Virus record (IMG/VR): IMGVR_UViG_3300012990_000007
Location: 1 to 38,378 of that record
Strand: one strand, 5' to 3'
DNA: 38,378 bases
Origin: a virus
Taxonomy: Duplodnaviria; Caudoviricetes
The notes below the pieces were generated by a model, which saw only the letters and a program-made list of their open reading frames with translations, searched no databases and was not told the origin of the DNA. The position numbers were made by a program, and so were the translations under genes. The number at the start of each line of letters is the position of its first letter. Positions within the stretch are counted from its first letter, which is position 1. Of the stretch, positions 8,314-16,096 are shown in pieces.

Positions 8314-8961
8314 TCATGCCACAGCCTGGACTTTCAGGTGTGGTGCATTGGATTGAAAAACAGCCCGCGCAAATCCCATCGGGGTGATGCTGCGGATATT
8401 GCCGCGATCCTCTGACGGCGGCATCTTGTGCATCATGCTGCCAAGGGTCGGCTCTACCCAAGTCGGCGCTGCGAACGTATCGCCTGGCTTTATAACTGGC
8501 GGCATGGCGAACCCGCCACCTGTCCAGAGGCAGGTTTTCTTGGTGTACGGGTCGCCATAATCGCACGGATCAAAGGCGTGGTCAGGGTCGCGCCAGTATG
8601 TCGCCAGTGTGCCGACCGGGTTCTCGATCATGTAAGGGGAACCAGACTGTTCACAAATTGCGCGGCAAGCGTCCACGATCTGTAGCGCGCCTATGAGTGC
8701 GCCCAAGCCCTTTTCCTTGAACCAACGCGCGCCGCTGACGGCCAAATGCGTACAGGGAGGAAAAGCAAAAACGCAAACGGGCTTGTCCATGTTGGCCGGA
8801 TACTGCCACTTGGTAACATCAGCCTCGAAATGCTGCCGCGCGCGGTTGACGGATGGCGCGGGTTGCAGATCGACCGTCACGGCATCATAGCCAGCGTCAA
8901 GCCACGGCTTCACCATGTTGCCGGTTCTGTCGCAGAGGCTAAGGACTACACCGCGTGACAC
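8314..8961 (-). CDS. Short C5-cytosine DNA methyltransferase
   Basis: VLSLCDRTG SAM-binding, FPPCTH catalytic, IENPV motif. Confidence 0.85.
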   Translation of the reverse strand: MSRGVVLSLCDRTGNMVKPWLDAGYDAVTVDLQPAPSVNRARQHFEADVTKWQYPANMDKPVCVFAFPPCTHLAVSGARWFKEKGLGALIGALQIVDACRAICEQSGSPYMIENPVGTLATYWRDPDHAFDPCDYGDPYTKKTCLWTGGGFAMPPVIKPGDTFAAPTWVEPTLGSMMHKMPPSEDRGNIRSITPMGFARAVFQSNAPHLKVQAVA

Positions 8962-8973
8962 TCAATCGCTCCC

Positions 8974-9306
8974 TTACTGCTTGACGTACCTTCCAGCAGA
9001 CCAGTCAAAGACCACTCCTGGGGGCTTTCTAAATCCACCGGGCCTCTTGATCCCAAGATGCTTGGCCCTGATGTTGTCGGCCTTCTGCATGATCGGGCGG
9101 TCAACCGTGTGGGTTTTTTCATAATGGCAAGCGGCGCATAAAACCTTGCAGTTTTCCAAGGTCGGTTCGCCACCTAGCCCATCAGCCCGGTCATGGTCAT
9201 ACTGAAACTTGCCGGGGAACAGCTTGGCCGTGCAGCCTTCGCATCGCCCTTCGCAGCGCGCCCATGCAGCCTTGCGAACCTTGGCTGAAAACTCGGTGCG
9301 GCTCAT
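8974..9306 (-). CDS. HNH endonuclease
   Basis: CEGC...YDH...GGEPTLENCKVLCAACH; ATGA overlap with ninB. Confidence 0.9.
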   Translation of the reverse strand: MSRTEFSAKVRKAAWARCEGRCEGCTAKLFPGKFQYDHDRADGLGGEPTLENCKVLCAACHYEKTHTVDRPIMQKADNIRAKHLGIKRPGGFRKPPGVVFDWSAGRYVKQ

Positions 9307-9695
9307 GCCGCTACCTCTGGGTCCCAAGGCAGGGTGACATCATTCCTTGCACAGAACGCTTCGATCAGCGTCAGCAACTCGCCAAACTCCTGCTTGGAAA
9401 GGTTGGAGGTGGACCGGCCAATGGGAACCATCCCGCCATCCTCAGATGGCATCCACTTCCCGCCCCTATAGGCGTGCATGAAATAGTCTTTCCAATCCTC
9501 TGGCGTGTACCGCTGGCCGTGCCATACGGCACGGCGGGCGACCACGCTGAGGCAGAGCCAGAGCCTTTCGTTTTGATCAAGGCTGCGCTTCGGCCCCCTG
9601 AACTCCACGCGCGTACCTGCTGGGGCCTTGGCAACCCATGATGCCGCCTTCTGGCGGGTGTCGGCTGAATTGAGAACCAGCAGGGCGCGGGTCAT
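9303..9695 (-). CDS. ninB: NinB/Orf recombination mediator
   Basis: KRSLDQNERLW...WHGQRYTPEDWK...STSNLSKQEFGELLTLIEAF. Confidence 0.9.
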   Translation of the reverse strand: MTRALLVLNSADTRQKAASWVAKAPAGTRVEFRGPKRSLDQNERLWLCLSVVARRAVWHGQRYTPEDWKDYFMHAYRGGKWMPSEDGGMVPIGRSTSNLSKQEFGELLTLIEAFCARNDVTLPWDPEVAA

Positions 9696-9699
9696 TCAG

Positions 9700-10038
9700 T
9701 TAACCGAAGATGCGCTGAAACAGCGACCGATCAGGCTGCGGCGGGTCGATAATCACAGATGAGGGAGAGTGCGCGTCTTGAGTGTATGTCTTGTATTTAT
9801 CATTTAGGCACCAAACGAGCCATGTGCGCTTCCAGTCTACTTTCTTGGCGCACTGACCCGCCTTTGACGCCCAATAGTTTTCAAACTTGATGGCTTCAAC
9901 GTCGAGATCTATGGGGCGCTTCCCAAGGCTCCGCAAAGACGCAGCCGCCCACCTCTTCCAGTCTTCGCTGACAGTTCTGGACGCCCCCCATCTAGAGCCT
10001 GCATTCGCAGATTTCTTTGCTTTTTTAATTGTCGCCAT
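9700..10038 (-). CDS. Protein resembling the DnaT-like C-terminal domain of phage replication initiators
   Basis: EAIKFENYW...KKVDWKRTWLVW; ATG 10038 overlaps upstream stop. Confidence 0.65.
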   Translation of the reverse strand: MATIKKAKKSANAGSRWGASRTVSEDWKRWAAASLRSLGKRPIDLDVEAIKFENYWASKAGQCAKKVDWKRTWLVWCLNDKYKTYTQDAHSPSSVIIDPPQPDRSLFQRIFG

Positions 10039-10306
10039 CTGTATCGCCCCACTCATCCCACTCATTATCCTGGTTGCCGAAGGCGCGGTGATATTCGCCA
10101 TCGGTAAGTGCCGCTTTTATTGAAGCAGCAGCCTGAGAAATGACTTGCTCACGGATTGCCTCAACCACTGGGTCCCCATCTTTAAGCCCCCCCCGCCCAG
10201 TCAAAGCCTCTGCCATGTCCACCAGCGCACCCCTGCGAAGCGCCGCAATGCACTCGCCACACTTATGCGCGAGATTGACTATTTCCTGTCTGATTGATTC
10301 CGCCAT
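10025..10306 (-). CDS. Hypothetical protein with acidic C-terminus
   Basis: AGGAG RBS; fills gap. Confidence 0.65.
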   Translation of the reverse strand: MAESIRQEIVNLAHKCGECIAALRRGALVDMAEALTGRGGLKDGDPVVEAIREQVISQAAASIKAALTDGEYHRAFGNQDNEWDEWGDTDGDN

Positions 10307-10315
10307 ATTCCGCTC

Positions 10316-10540
10316 CTAAAAAGGTATGGTGTCGTTCATGTCATCGCGGGCGGGTGCGGTCTTTTCACGGCGCGGCGCAATCGTGATCTGGCAACCGTCA
10401 GGGCCTGGGATTGGGAGTGCATCCAGATAGACGTTGATATTACCGTTATCGAGCTTCTTGGCGCTGCCGATGCGGACCGCGAACGGTTTGCCGCCCTTGG
10501 TCTTTTTCCAAGAGATGGCGTCCAGATATTCGTCACTCAT
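10316..10540 (-). CDS. Small ssDNA-binding protein
   Basis: Beta-rich core, acidic DDMNDTIPF tail, follows annealase. Confidence 0.65.
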   Translation of the reverse strand: MSDEYLDAISWKKTKGGKPFAVRIGSAKKLDNGNINVYLDALPIPGPDGCQITIAPRREKTAPARDDMNDTIPF

Positions 10541-11247
10541 GCTGCTTTCCTTTGAAGTTCATCGTTACGGAGGGAGATTTTCTGATTGATGGCGTTGTAT
10601 AGAGACTTGTCAGTGTCATGCAGGGCTTCAACCGCCTTGTTGTTTTTCTGAAGCCACGCGGAGAGGTCTGCTTTGGTGTGAAGCGCCGCGATTTCAGCGG
10701 ATGCCTTGTCAGCCCATTCGGTGGGGGTGATTTTGGCGGGCGGTTTGGGCGGCGTCGGTGCGGGTGCGGGTGCGGGTGCGGCCTTGGGGGCCTTGCCAGC
10801 AAGCAGGGCGCGGAGCTTGGGAAACTCGCCCGCCTTGATACCCTTGACGTAAACCTGCCCGTTCTTTTCGTAAGTGTCGCATTCGACCCACGGGCTTTCG
10901 AGGTCGTAGAGGTAGCGTCCAATTCCCCAGCGAACCGCAGCTCGCTTGAAGGCATCGGACAGTGCGCCCTTCTCAGCCTCAACGTCACTGTCTCCGGCGC
11001 CGTCCGCTTTCCATATCCACTCGCTGTTGATGCGAACCCCAACCTCACACACGGTCTTCTTGTCGTGCATCGGAACGTAGCGGCACTGCCAGCCATCAAC
11101 CCCGCACACCTCGTCCAGGCGGTCCTGAACATCGCGGGCGTCGATATAGGCAAGCGCCATGCCCTTGGACTTGTCTTTCGTGGTCGAGCCTACGCGCCAC
11201 GAGATAGCGGCAGGGTCGAAAGGCTTCTTGAGGTCTTCGAGGCTCAT
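10537..11247 (-). CDS. Rad52/22-like single-strand annealing protein (Sak type)
   Basis: LAYIDARDVQDRLDEVCG...EAEKGALSDAFKRAAVRWGIGRYLY. Confidence 0.92.
   Translation of the reverse strand: MSLEDLKKPFDPAAISWRVGSTTKDKSKGMALAYIDARDVQDRLDEVCGVDGWQCRYVPMHDKKTVCEVGVRINSEWIWKADGAGDSDVEAEKGALSDAFKRAAVRWGIGRYLYDLESPWVECDTYEKNGQVYVKGIKAGEFPKLRALLAGKAPKAAPAPAPAPTPPKPPAKITPTEWADKASAEIAALHTKADLSAWLQKNNKAVEALHDTDKSLYNAINQKISLRNDELQRKAA
10757..10780. repeat. (GGTGCG)4 microsatellite encoding an Ala-Pro linker
   Basis: Four perfect tandem hexamers inside the annealase gene. Confidence 0.85.
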
Positions 11248-11987
11248 GCCGCGCTCCCATAGGCTTGGTTCGCCGCGTCCATGGTCTTCGGCCCCCAGCG
11301 AAAATCGCTAAATTCCGGGGCGAAGAACTTGCCAGCGTCTTCCGCGTTTTCGGAATGCTTGAGCAAATGCCGCACGGCGCGGGCTTGGCGTTCCAGGTCG
11401 CGGAGATGGCTGGCCTGATCTTCCGGCGTCAGATCGTACATCGCTGACTTTTTGCCGGTGACGTAAAGCACCTTGAAGGGGCGCTCTTTGGCGGCGGCGT
11501 ACAGCGCAACCTGCCGCCCGTGGTCGGCCTTGATGGACGAGGGGCAAGCCTTGGTGGTTTTCAGGTCTATGCCGAAGTCTTCCCAGAGATAGTCCACATA
11601 GCCGATGATCGGCACCTCAACGCCGTTGGCCCAATACTCAACCTTGATCTGGCGAGCGACGGGCTTCTCGAAATCCTTGAGGGCAATGATGGCCTGGGAA
11701 AGCATGGGCGTGATGTTGGCGCGTTCCGCATCGTGTTCCTCATCGCACTGGCCCCCGGTCAGTTCGGCAAAGCGGTTTCCGGCCACCACGCAAGCCTGAT
11801 CCTGGTTCCGCTCAAACAGCCAGTGGTCCAGCCCGCTTTCCACCGATGAGCCGCGATGACCAGCCGGGCCCATCTCGTCCTGCCAGCCGGAAAGGTAGCG
11901 GCCAACCCAAAGGCAAGGATTGGCCGCATACAAGTTGAGGCTGCTGGGAGAGAGATGCTTAATCCCGTGTCTTTCAAACGGATTCAT
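11244..11987 (-). CDS. PD-(D/E)XK exonuclease (RecB/Cas4-like recombination nuclease)
   Basis: HLSPSSLN, GYVDY, IDLKTT, QVALY motifs. Confidence 0.9.
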   Translation of the reverse strand: MNPFERHGIKHLSPSSLNLYAANPCLWVGRYLSGWQDEMGPAGHRGSSVESGLDHWLFERNQDQACVVAGNRFAELTGGQCDEEHDAERANITPMLSQAIIALKDFEKPVARQIKVEYWANGVEVPIIGYVDYLWEDFGIDLKTTKACPSSIKADHGRQVALYAAAKERPFKVLYVTGKKSAMYDLTPEDQASHLRDLERQARAVRHLLKHSENAEDAGKFFAPEFSDFRWGPKTMDAANQAYGSAA

Positions 11988-12138
11988 GGCGCTGTTCCTT
12001 ATTTTTTGCTAATGCCTCAAGATATCGTTCGCGGGCACGCTCAGCGTCGATGGCGAGCATTTCCAGCAAGCTTGGTTCATCGTAGACGGGCTCACACGGC
12101 CCATCGTGGCGGTATTGTTTGCAATCAGGACACTGCAT
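11974..12138 (-). CDS. Small Cys/His protein (54 aa), absent from ORF track
   Basis: GGAGG RBS; MQCPDCKQYRHDGPCEPVYDEPSLLEMLAIDAERARERYLEALAKNKEQRHESV. Confidence 0.7.
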   Translation of the reverse strand: MQCPDCKQYRHDGPCEPVYDEPSLLEMLAIDAERARERYLEALAKNKEQRHESV

Positions 12139-12139
12139 C

Positions 12140-12337
12140 TCAAATCCTCCAAATAATTGCGGTCAGAACGGCGAACACCGCCACACAAAGCAGCCCATCC
12201 CGAATGTCTATGATCCAAGGCCGCAGGGGCTTGATACGGTCCTCCCACTCCAAATGATCCACGCCAGCCTCGCGGCTCGTGCGCGGAAAGCGGTCCCGGT
12301 ATTTCGCATGACTGCTCAATGATACGATGTCAGCCAC
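12140..12337 (-). CDS. Small protein with C-terminal TM helix
   Basis: GAGGAGG RBS, GTG start; MADIVSLSSHAKYRDRFPRTSREA... Confidence 0.7.
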   Translation of the reverse strand: MADIVSLSSHAKYRDRFPRTSREAGVDHLEWEDRIKPLRPWIIDIRDGLLCVAVFAVLTAIIWRI

Positions 12338-12581
12338 GGTAAGCCTCCTCGATTGCCTGTTCCCATGAGGTTTCGTCTGGCGCGTAGTCGTGGCAAAAAT
12401 CCTCGAACGCTTCTGCGTCCATCTTTGCGAGGCCGGATGATTTGTTAAGCGCGGCGATAGCGGCCCTGTAAGCATCCTCGGCTGCGTAGTAGCGGGCCTT
12501 GATTTCGATTTCGCGCTTCCACGCGTCATCGGACATTTTGCTGTCGGCGATGGCTTCGAGGGAGGACATGGGATAGCTCAT
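12330..12581 (-). CDS. Hypothetical acidic protein
   Basis: ATGA coupling in leftward operon. Confidence 0.7.
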   Translation of the reverse strand: MSYPMSSLEAIADSKMSDDAWKREIEIKARYYAAEDAYRAAIAALNKSSGLAKMDAEAFEDFCHDYAPDETSWEQAIEEAYRG

Positions 12582-12781
12582 GCCGCCACCCCATGCCGAG
12601 ATGCTAGGAGCCGGTATTCGTGGCGCACCTGATCAAAAAACAACGTGAGGTAGAACGCCGAGCCATATTGTTCATAGTCCATGGCCCGCAGCGCCTTTGC
12701 TGGGCTTATGGATCCGAACCTTTCGGCGGTAGCGTTCAAAACCGCCTGCCTGACCATGAAATCTCTGCTGGGTGCGTTCAT
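12578..12781 (-). CDS. Hypothetical protein
   Basis: ATGA coupling at both ends. Confidence 0.7.
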   Translation of the reverse strand: MNAPSRDFMVRQAVLNATAERFGSISPAKALRAMDYEQYGSAFYLTLFFDQVRHEYRLLASRHGVAA

Positions 12782-13014
12782 GGGGTGGCTCCCAAGGCTT
12801 TGACGATGGCGGCCTCTGCGGCCATGTGAACTGGGCTATCGGTGCCGCGTTCGACTAACGCCTCCAGCGCCGCCAACAATTCCGGCGCGGCGGCGATAAG
12901 GAGGACGTTACCTTCGCCGTTAAACACTTCCGCAATTTCGGTGTGGTCAGCGGTGAGAACGAGATTGTCCTCAGTGCTGAACCAAGGCCCCGGCGTGTGC
13001 TTTGTGGTGGTCAT
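12778..13014 (-). CDS. First gene of pL operon; HTPGPW...LIAAAPELL family hypothetical protein
   Basis: AAGAGG RBS before ATG 13014; widespread phage motif. Confidence 0.8.
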   Translation of the reverse strand: MTTTKHTPGPWFSTEDNLVLTADHTEIAEVFNGEGNVLLIAAAPELLAALEALVERGTDSPVHMAAEAAIVKALGATP

Positions 13015-13100
13015 GTCGCTTGTCCCTCTTATCCAGTTCACCGACCCACCCGGCGGCTGCGAGTGCCTGGGGGGATACCGGGCAGGCCGGTGATGGGGGC

Positions 13101-13162
13101 ATCCTACAAGAACACTTGCAGGTGTCAACAAGCAAACTTGCATAGACTGCAAGAAAGTTTGG
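13101..13162 (-). promoter_or_regulatory. pL promoter and OL with three 14-bp operators
   Basis: TTGACA(13128-13123)-16-TAGGAT(13106-13101); ACAAGAACACTTGC 13106, ACAAGCAAACTTGC 13128, GCAAGAAAGTTTGG 13149. Confidence 0.85.
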
Positions 13163-13200
13163 GGCGTAGGGTCGCGGACGCGATCAGGCCGGGGGTTCCA

Positions 13201-13716
13201 ATGCGAATTTTGGCTGTTTTGCTTGGTTTTTCAGTCTTGGCGGGGTGCGCCGGGGTCTACAAAGAAAGCGCTGTGCCGGGGGCTATGGCTGCCTACAACG
13301 TCAATTTGGACGGGTGCAAGCAGCGGATTGCCGAGACCGGATTGGACGTTTTCCTGAAATGTGTCCTCGATACCGACCGGCAGTTCGCAGCGGATATAAG
13401 CCTGAATCGTATGGACTTATTCGATGCCTACGCAGCCAGGATGGGGATATTTTCCCAAGATGTGATGGCGGGGCGGGTCCAGGGCCAGGACATCCCGGAT
13501 CGCTTCCACGCCATCAGGCGGGACTATCATCAGACCGTTCACCAGGCCGCAGCAATTGACGCGGAACAGCGGGCACGGATTGGCGCCGCGCTGGCAGCGA
13601 TGGGGCAGGGGATGCAGCGTGAGGCGGACCGGCAAGCCTATGTAAACGCCAACGATCGGTCGTTTACCTGCACCAGCACGGCCTTTGTCGGCACGGTCAG
13701 AACCCGCTGCAACTAG
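13201..13716 (+). CDS. Lipoprotein in the immunity region, candidate superinfection exclusion/moron
   Basis: MRILAVLLGFSVLAGC lipobox; convergent with cI with overlapping stops. Confidence 0.8.
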   Translation: MRILAVLLGFSVLAGCAGVYKESAVPGAMAAYNVNLDGCKQRIAETGLDVFLKCVLDTDRQFAADISLNRMDLFDAYAARMGIFSQDVMAGRVQGQDIPDRFHAIRRDYHQTVHQAAAIDAEQRARIGAALAAMGQGMQREADRQAYVNANDRSFTCTSTAFVGTVRTRCN

Positions 13717-14372
13717 GCTTCACCGGACCCCACGACACGGTGAATTGAGACGATCTCTTCCACCGCCAGATTGAAGGATTTGGGCGGGTCGAACTGCTCC
13801 AGGACTATCTTGGCCCCGGAACGCCGCACCAGACGCTTCAGGAAGGCCCGTGGGGCCTGCCCTTCCTCTTTGGGCTGCATCTGGACCAAGACGAAGCACC
13901 CGGGCGTCACGGGCTTCCCTGGGTGGATATAGATCAACTCGCCCGCCATGTACCGGGGGGCCATGGAACCGCCCGGTGCATAGACGGCATAGGCGTTGGT
14001 TGCCCCAGCTAAGTTCGGTGGGCGGGGTACATGGTCGATGACGTCGCCGTTCCAGAGACTGTACCCGTCTGCCCCACATTCAGCCATTCCCAGCACCCTT
14101 ATCAGGTTGTTGGGGTCAGATTGCCACAAGACTGCCGGGGAATCCCCCCTGTTTTTACCTAGTGCGGCAGTGATATCGCCGGTTCCGGTTTCCAGCCATT
14201 CCGCCGTCACCCCAAGGGCGCGGGCTATTGCCACGATATGCTTGGATCCGCCGCCAGCTTCGACCTGTTGGACAGCTTGATAGCTAATCCCCCCGGCTCG
14301 TTTTCCTAGCTCAGATTGGGTTAATCCCAGTTCAGTGCGTCTTGTGCGCACCCTATCGCCCGTAGCGGTCAT
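13713..14372 (-). CDS. cI: CI repressor (XRE HTH plus S24 autopeptidase)
   Basis: RTRRTELGLTQSELG HTH; AECG cleavage region; GGSMAP Ser and FLKRL Lys; start 14372 or 14384. Confidence 0.95.
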   Translation of the reverse strand: MTATGDRVRTRRTELGLTQSELGKRAGGISYQAVQQVEAGGGSKHIVAIARALGVTAEWLETGTGDITAALGKNRGDSPAVLWQSDPNNLIRVLGMAECGADGYSLWNGDVIDHVPRPPNLAGATNAYAVYAPGGSMAPRYMAGELIYIHPGKPVTPGCFVLVQMQPKEEGQAPRAFLKRLVRRSGAKIVLEQFDPPKSFNLAVEEIVSIHRVVGSGEA

Positions 14373-14379
14373 GAATCGG

Positions 14380-14458
14380 AACATACAGCCGGTTCCGGTT
14401 TCTTTCGCTGCAAGTTTGCTTGTTGACAGGATACAAGCAGGCTTGCTAGTTTGCTTGT
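14380..14458. promoter_or_regulatory. OR with three operators, pR and probable pRM
   Basis: GCAAGTTTGCTTGT 14410, ACAAGCAGGCTTGC 14433, GCTAGTTTGCTTGT 14445; pR TTGACA(14423)-18-TAGTTT(14447); leftward -10 TATGTT at 14385-14380. Confidence 0.85.
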
Positions 14459-14686
14459 ATGAACACAGGCATTGACGCACTCAAGCTGGCTATATCGTCC
14501 CATTTCAAGACGCAGGGCGGTGCCGCGCGAGCCGTTGGCGTAACGCCACAGGCCGTCAGTGAAATTGTCCGCAAAGGTAAGAAAGTGCCTGCCGAGTGGT
14601 GCCTTCCGATTGAGGAAGCCACTGGCGGAAAAATCACCCGCCACGATCTGCGCCCCGACCTGTACCCCGAACAGGTGTCGCAATGA
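14459..14686 (+). CDS. cro: Cro-like (YdaS family) regulator
   Basis: QGGAARAVGVTPQAVS HTH; IEEATGGKITRHDLRPDLY; divergent from cI. Confidence 0.92.
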   Translation: MNTGIDALKLAISSHFKTQGGAARAVGVTPQAVSEIVRKGKKVPAEWCLPIEEATGGKITRHDLRPDLYPEQVSQ

Positions 14687-15170
14687 TGGTGCATGTCAGT
14701 TCAGACCGCTTCGTGATTGTGCTGGATACGACAGAGACCGCTCGATCTGTTGAATGGTGCGACGAGCAAGATCAGGCGGTATGGACACCTGCACCGGAAT
14801 CCCAGGCTGGGTGCCGAACTGCAAAACCACATTTTCGCCATCACGCCCTGACCGAACGCTTGTCGCGTTGTGTGCGTAATGGATGGCCTGCTTCTCTGGC
14901 GGCACTCCTGCCCGTACCCCTTCGGCTATTTGCCCGGCCAGCTTCAAGCCTTGCAGCAGCGTTGAAAGCAATTCTTGCGGGCATTGCATCGTTTCCTGCG
15001 ATCCATCGTCATATTCAAAAACCCATTGGATCGTTTGCCCGCCGTCTTCGCCACCTGCGGAAGGGATGGCTTTGATGCGCTTATTGGACATTAGAAACAC
15101 CCTCAAGGCTGCGCCGCAAGATAGCGCGATTCCCGGCCGGCATTCCCACCCCGAACAGGTGCCGCAATGA
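14664..15170 (+). repeat. 23-bp direct repeat (14664-14686, 15148-15170) flanking an antisense gene cassette
   Basis: ACCCCGAACAGGTG[T/C]CGCAATGA, one mismatch. Confidence 0.9.
14696..15091 (-). CDS. Antisense moron protein (131 aa) with internal two-fold repeat
   Basis: GAGGG RBS before ATG 15091; globular composition; -10-like TATCTT at 15123-15118. Confidence 0.7.
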   Translation of the reverse strand: MSNKRIKAIPSAGGEDGGQTIQWVFEYDDGSQETMQCPQELLSTLLQGLKLAGQIAEGVRAGVPPEKQAIHYAHNATSVRSGRDGENVVLQFGTQPGIPVQVSIPPDLARRTIQQIERSLSYPAQSRSGLN

Positions 15171-15325
15171 ATTACATCGCCCTCACGCTTTCTCTCGCTG
15201 TCGCATACCCGATCGGCAAATTGCTGAACTGGGCGATGTGGATTGCGCTTGAACCCATCACCATCCGCACCCATCGCTGGCAGACGCGCCGCGCTAGTCG
15301 GATAATCGAGTCGCTCCATGAGTAA
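15167..15325 (+). CDS. Small hydrophobic ORF (52 aa)
   Basis: ATGA coupled; MNYIALTLSLAVAYPIGKLLNWAMWIAL... Confidence 0.45.
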   Translation: MNYIALTLSLAVAYPIGKLLNWAMWIALEPITIRTHRWQTRRASRIIESLHE

Positions 15326-15467
15326 AGCCCTTCTCGCGCAATTGCTTGATCGTGTAGCTCAGGTCATAGACGCTGCTGCCACTGCTGGACTTCGGTTGGT
15401 TGCCCGAAGCATTCGCGCCCGCCACAAGAATGGCGGCAATCAATACCTCAAATTCATTCGCATCCAT
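15294..15467 (-). CDS. Antisense moron protein (57 aa)
   Basis: GAGGG RBS; own promoter TCGACG(15526-15521)-17-TAACTT(15503-15498). Confidence 0.6.
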   Translation of the reverse strand: MDANEFEVLIAAILVAGANASGNQPKSSSGSSVYDLSYTIKQLREKGFTHGATRLSD

Positions 15468-15538
15468 GGCTTTCCCTCGCAAAAACATTGGTTTGCGAAG
15501 TTAGCAAAGCCCGCCGTGGCCGTCGAATCGGGTGCCAC

Positions 15539-16096
15539 ATGACCACAGGCGCTGCGTTTCTTACCGCCCTTGATCACTCTGGAAGGATTAAATGGCGCGT
15601 TATCGCCAGCCACCCCGCTTATGAAGTTTCGAGCGCTGGGCAAATCAGAGTCAAAGCGACCGGCGAGATCAAAAAGCCGTGCAACTCGTGCGGTTACCAA
15701 TCTATCGGTCTGAGCACAGCCCCGCGCACAAATCGCGTTCACCGCCTTGTCGCCACAGCATTCATCCCGAACCCCAACAATCACCCGGTGATCAACCACA
15801 TTGATGGGAACAGGCAGAACAACTGCGTTGAAAATCTTGAGTGGTGCACCCAGAAGCACAATATCCACCACGCAATGAAAATGGGGACTTTCGGCGCCAG
15901 GCCGTGGAGGCCGGGTCAATCGGGGTGTCGTTCGCTCACTGATACTCAGGTTCACCAGGTTAAACAAATGATCGCTGCGGGCCACCGCCCCATACATGTT
16001 GCCCGCGATCTTTCCATTCCCTACTGGACCGTCCAAAGCATTGCCTCGGGCCATACCTATGTTCTCCCATCATCTGGGCGCGGAGCCACAGCATGA
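15539..16096 (+). CDS. NUMOD4-type HNH homing endonuclease with C-terminal HTH
   Basis: WRVI...YEVSSAGQIR, VHRLVATAFIPNP, INHIDGNRQNNCVENLEW. Confidence 0.92.
   Translation: MTTGAAFLTALDHSGRIKWRVIASHPAYEVSSAGQIRVKATGEIKKPCNSCGYQSIGLSTAPRTNRVHRLVATAFIPNPNNHPVINHIDGNRQNNCVENLEWCTQKHNIHHAMKMGTFGARPWRPGQSGCRSLTDTQVHQVKQMIAAGHRPIHVARDLSIPYWTVQSIASGHTYVLPSSGRGATA

Noticed and set aside
11244-11987. Cas4/CRISPR association
   Set aside because: Context (annealase, SSB, NinB) indicates an ordinary recombination exonuclease
12943-13200. N-terminal extensions of the lipoprotein (from 12943) and of cI (from 14480) in the ORF track
   Set aside because: They run through operators and promoters; the signal peptide and HTH positions indicate starts at 13201 and 14372/14384
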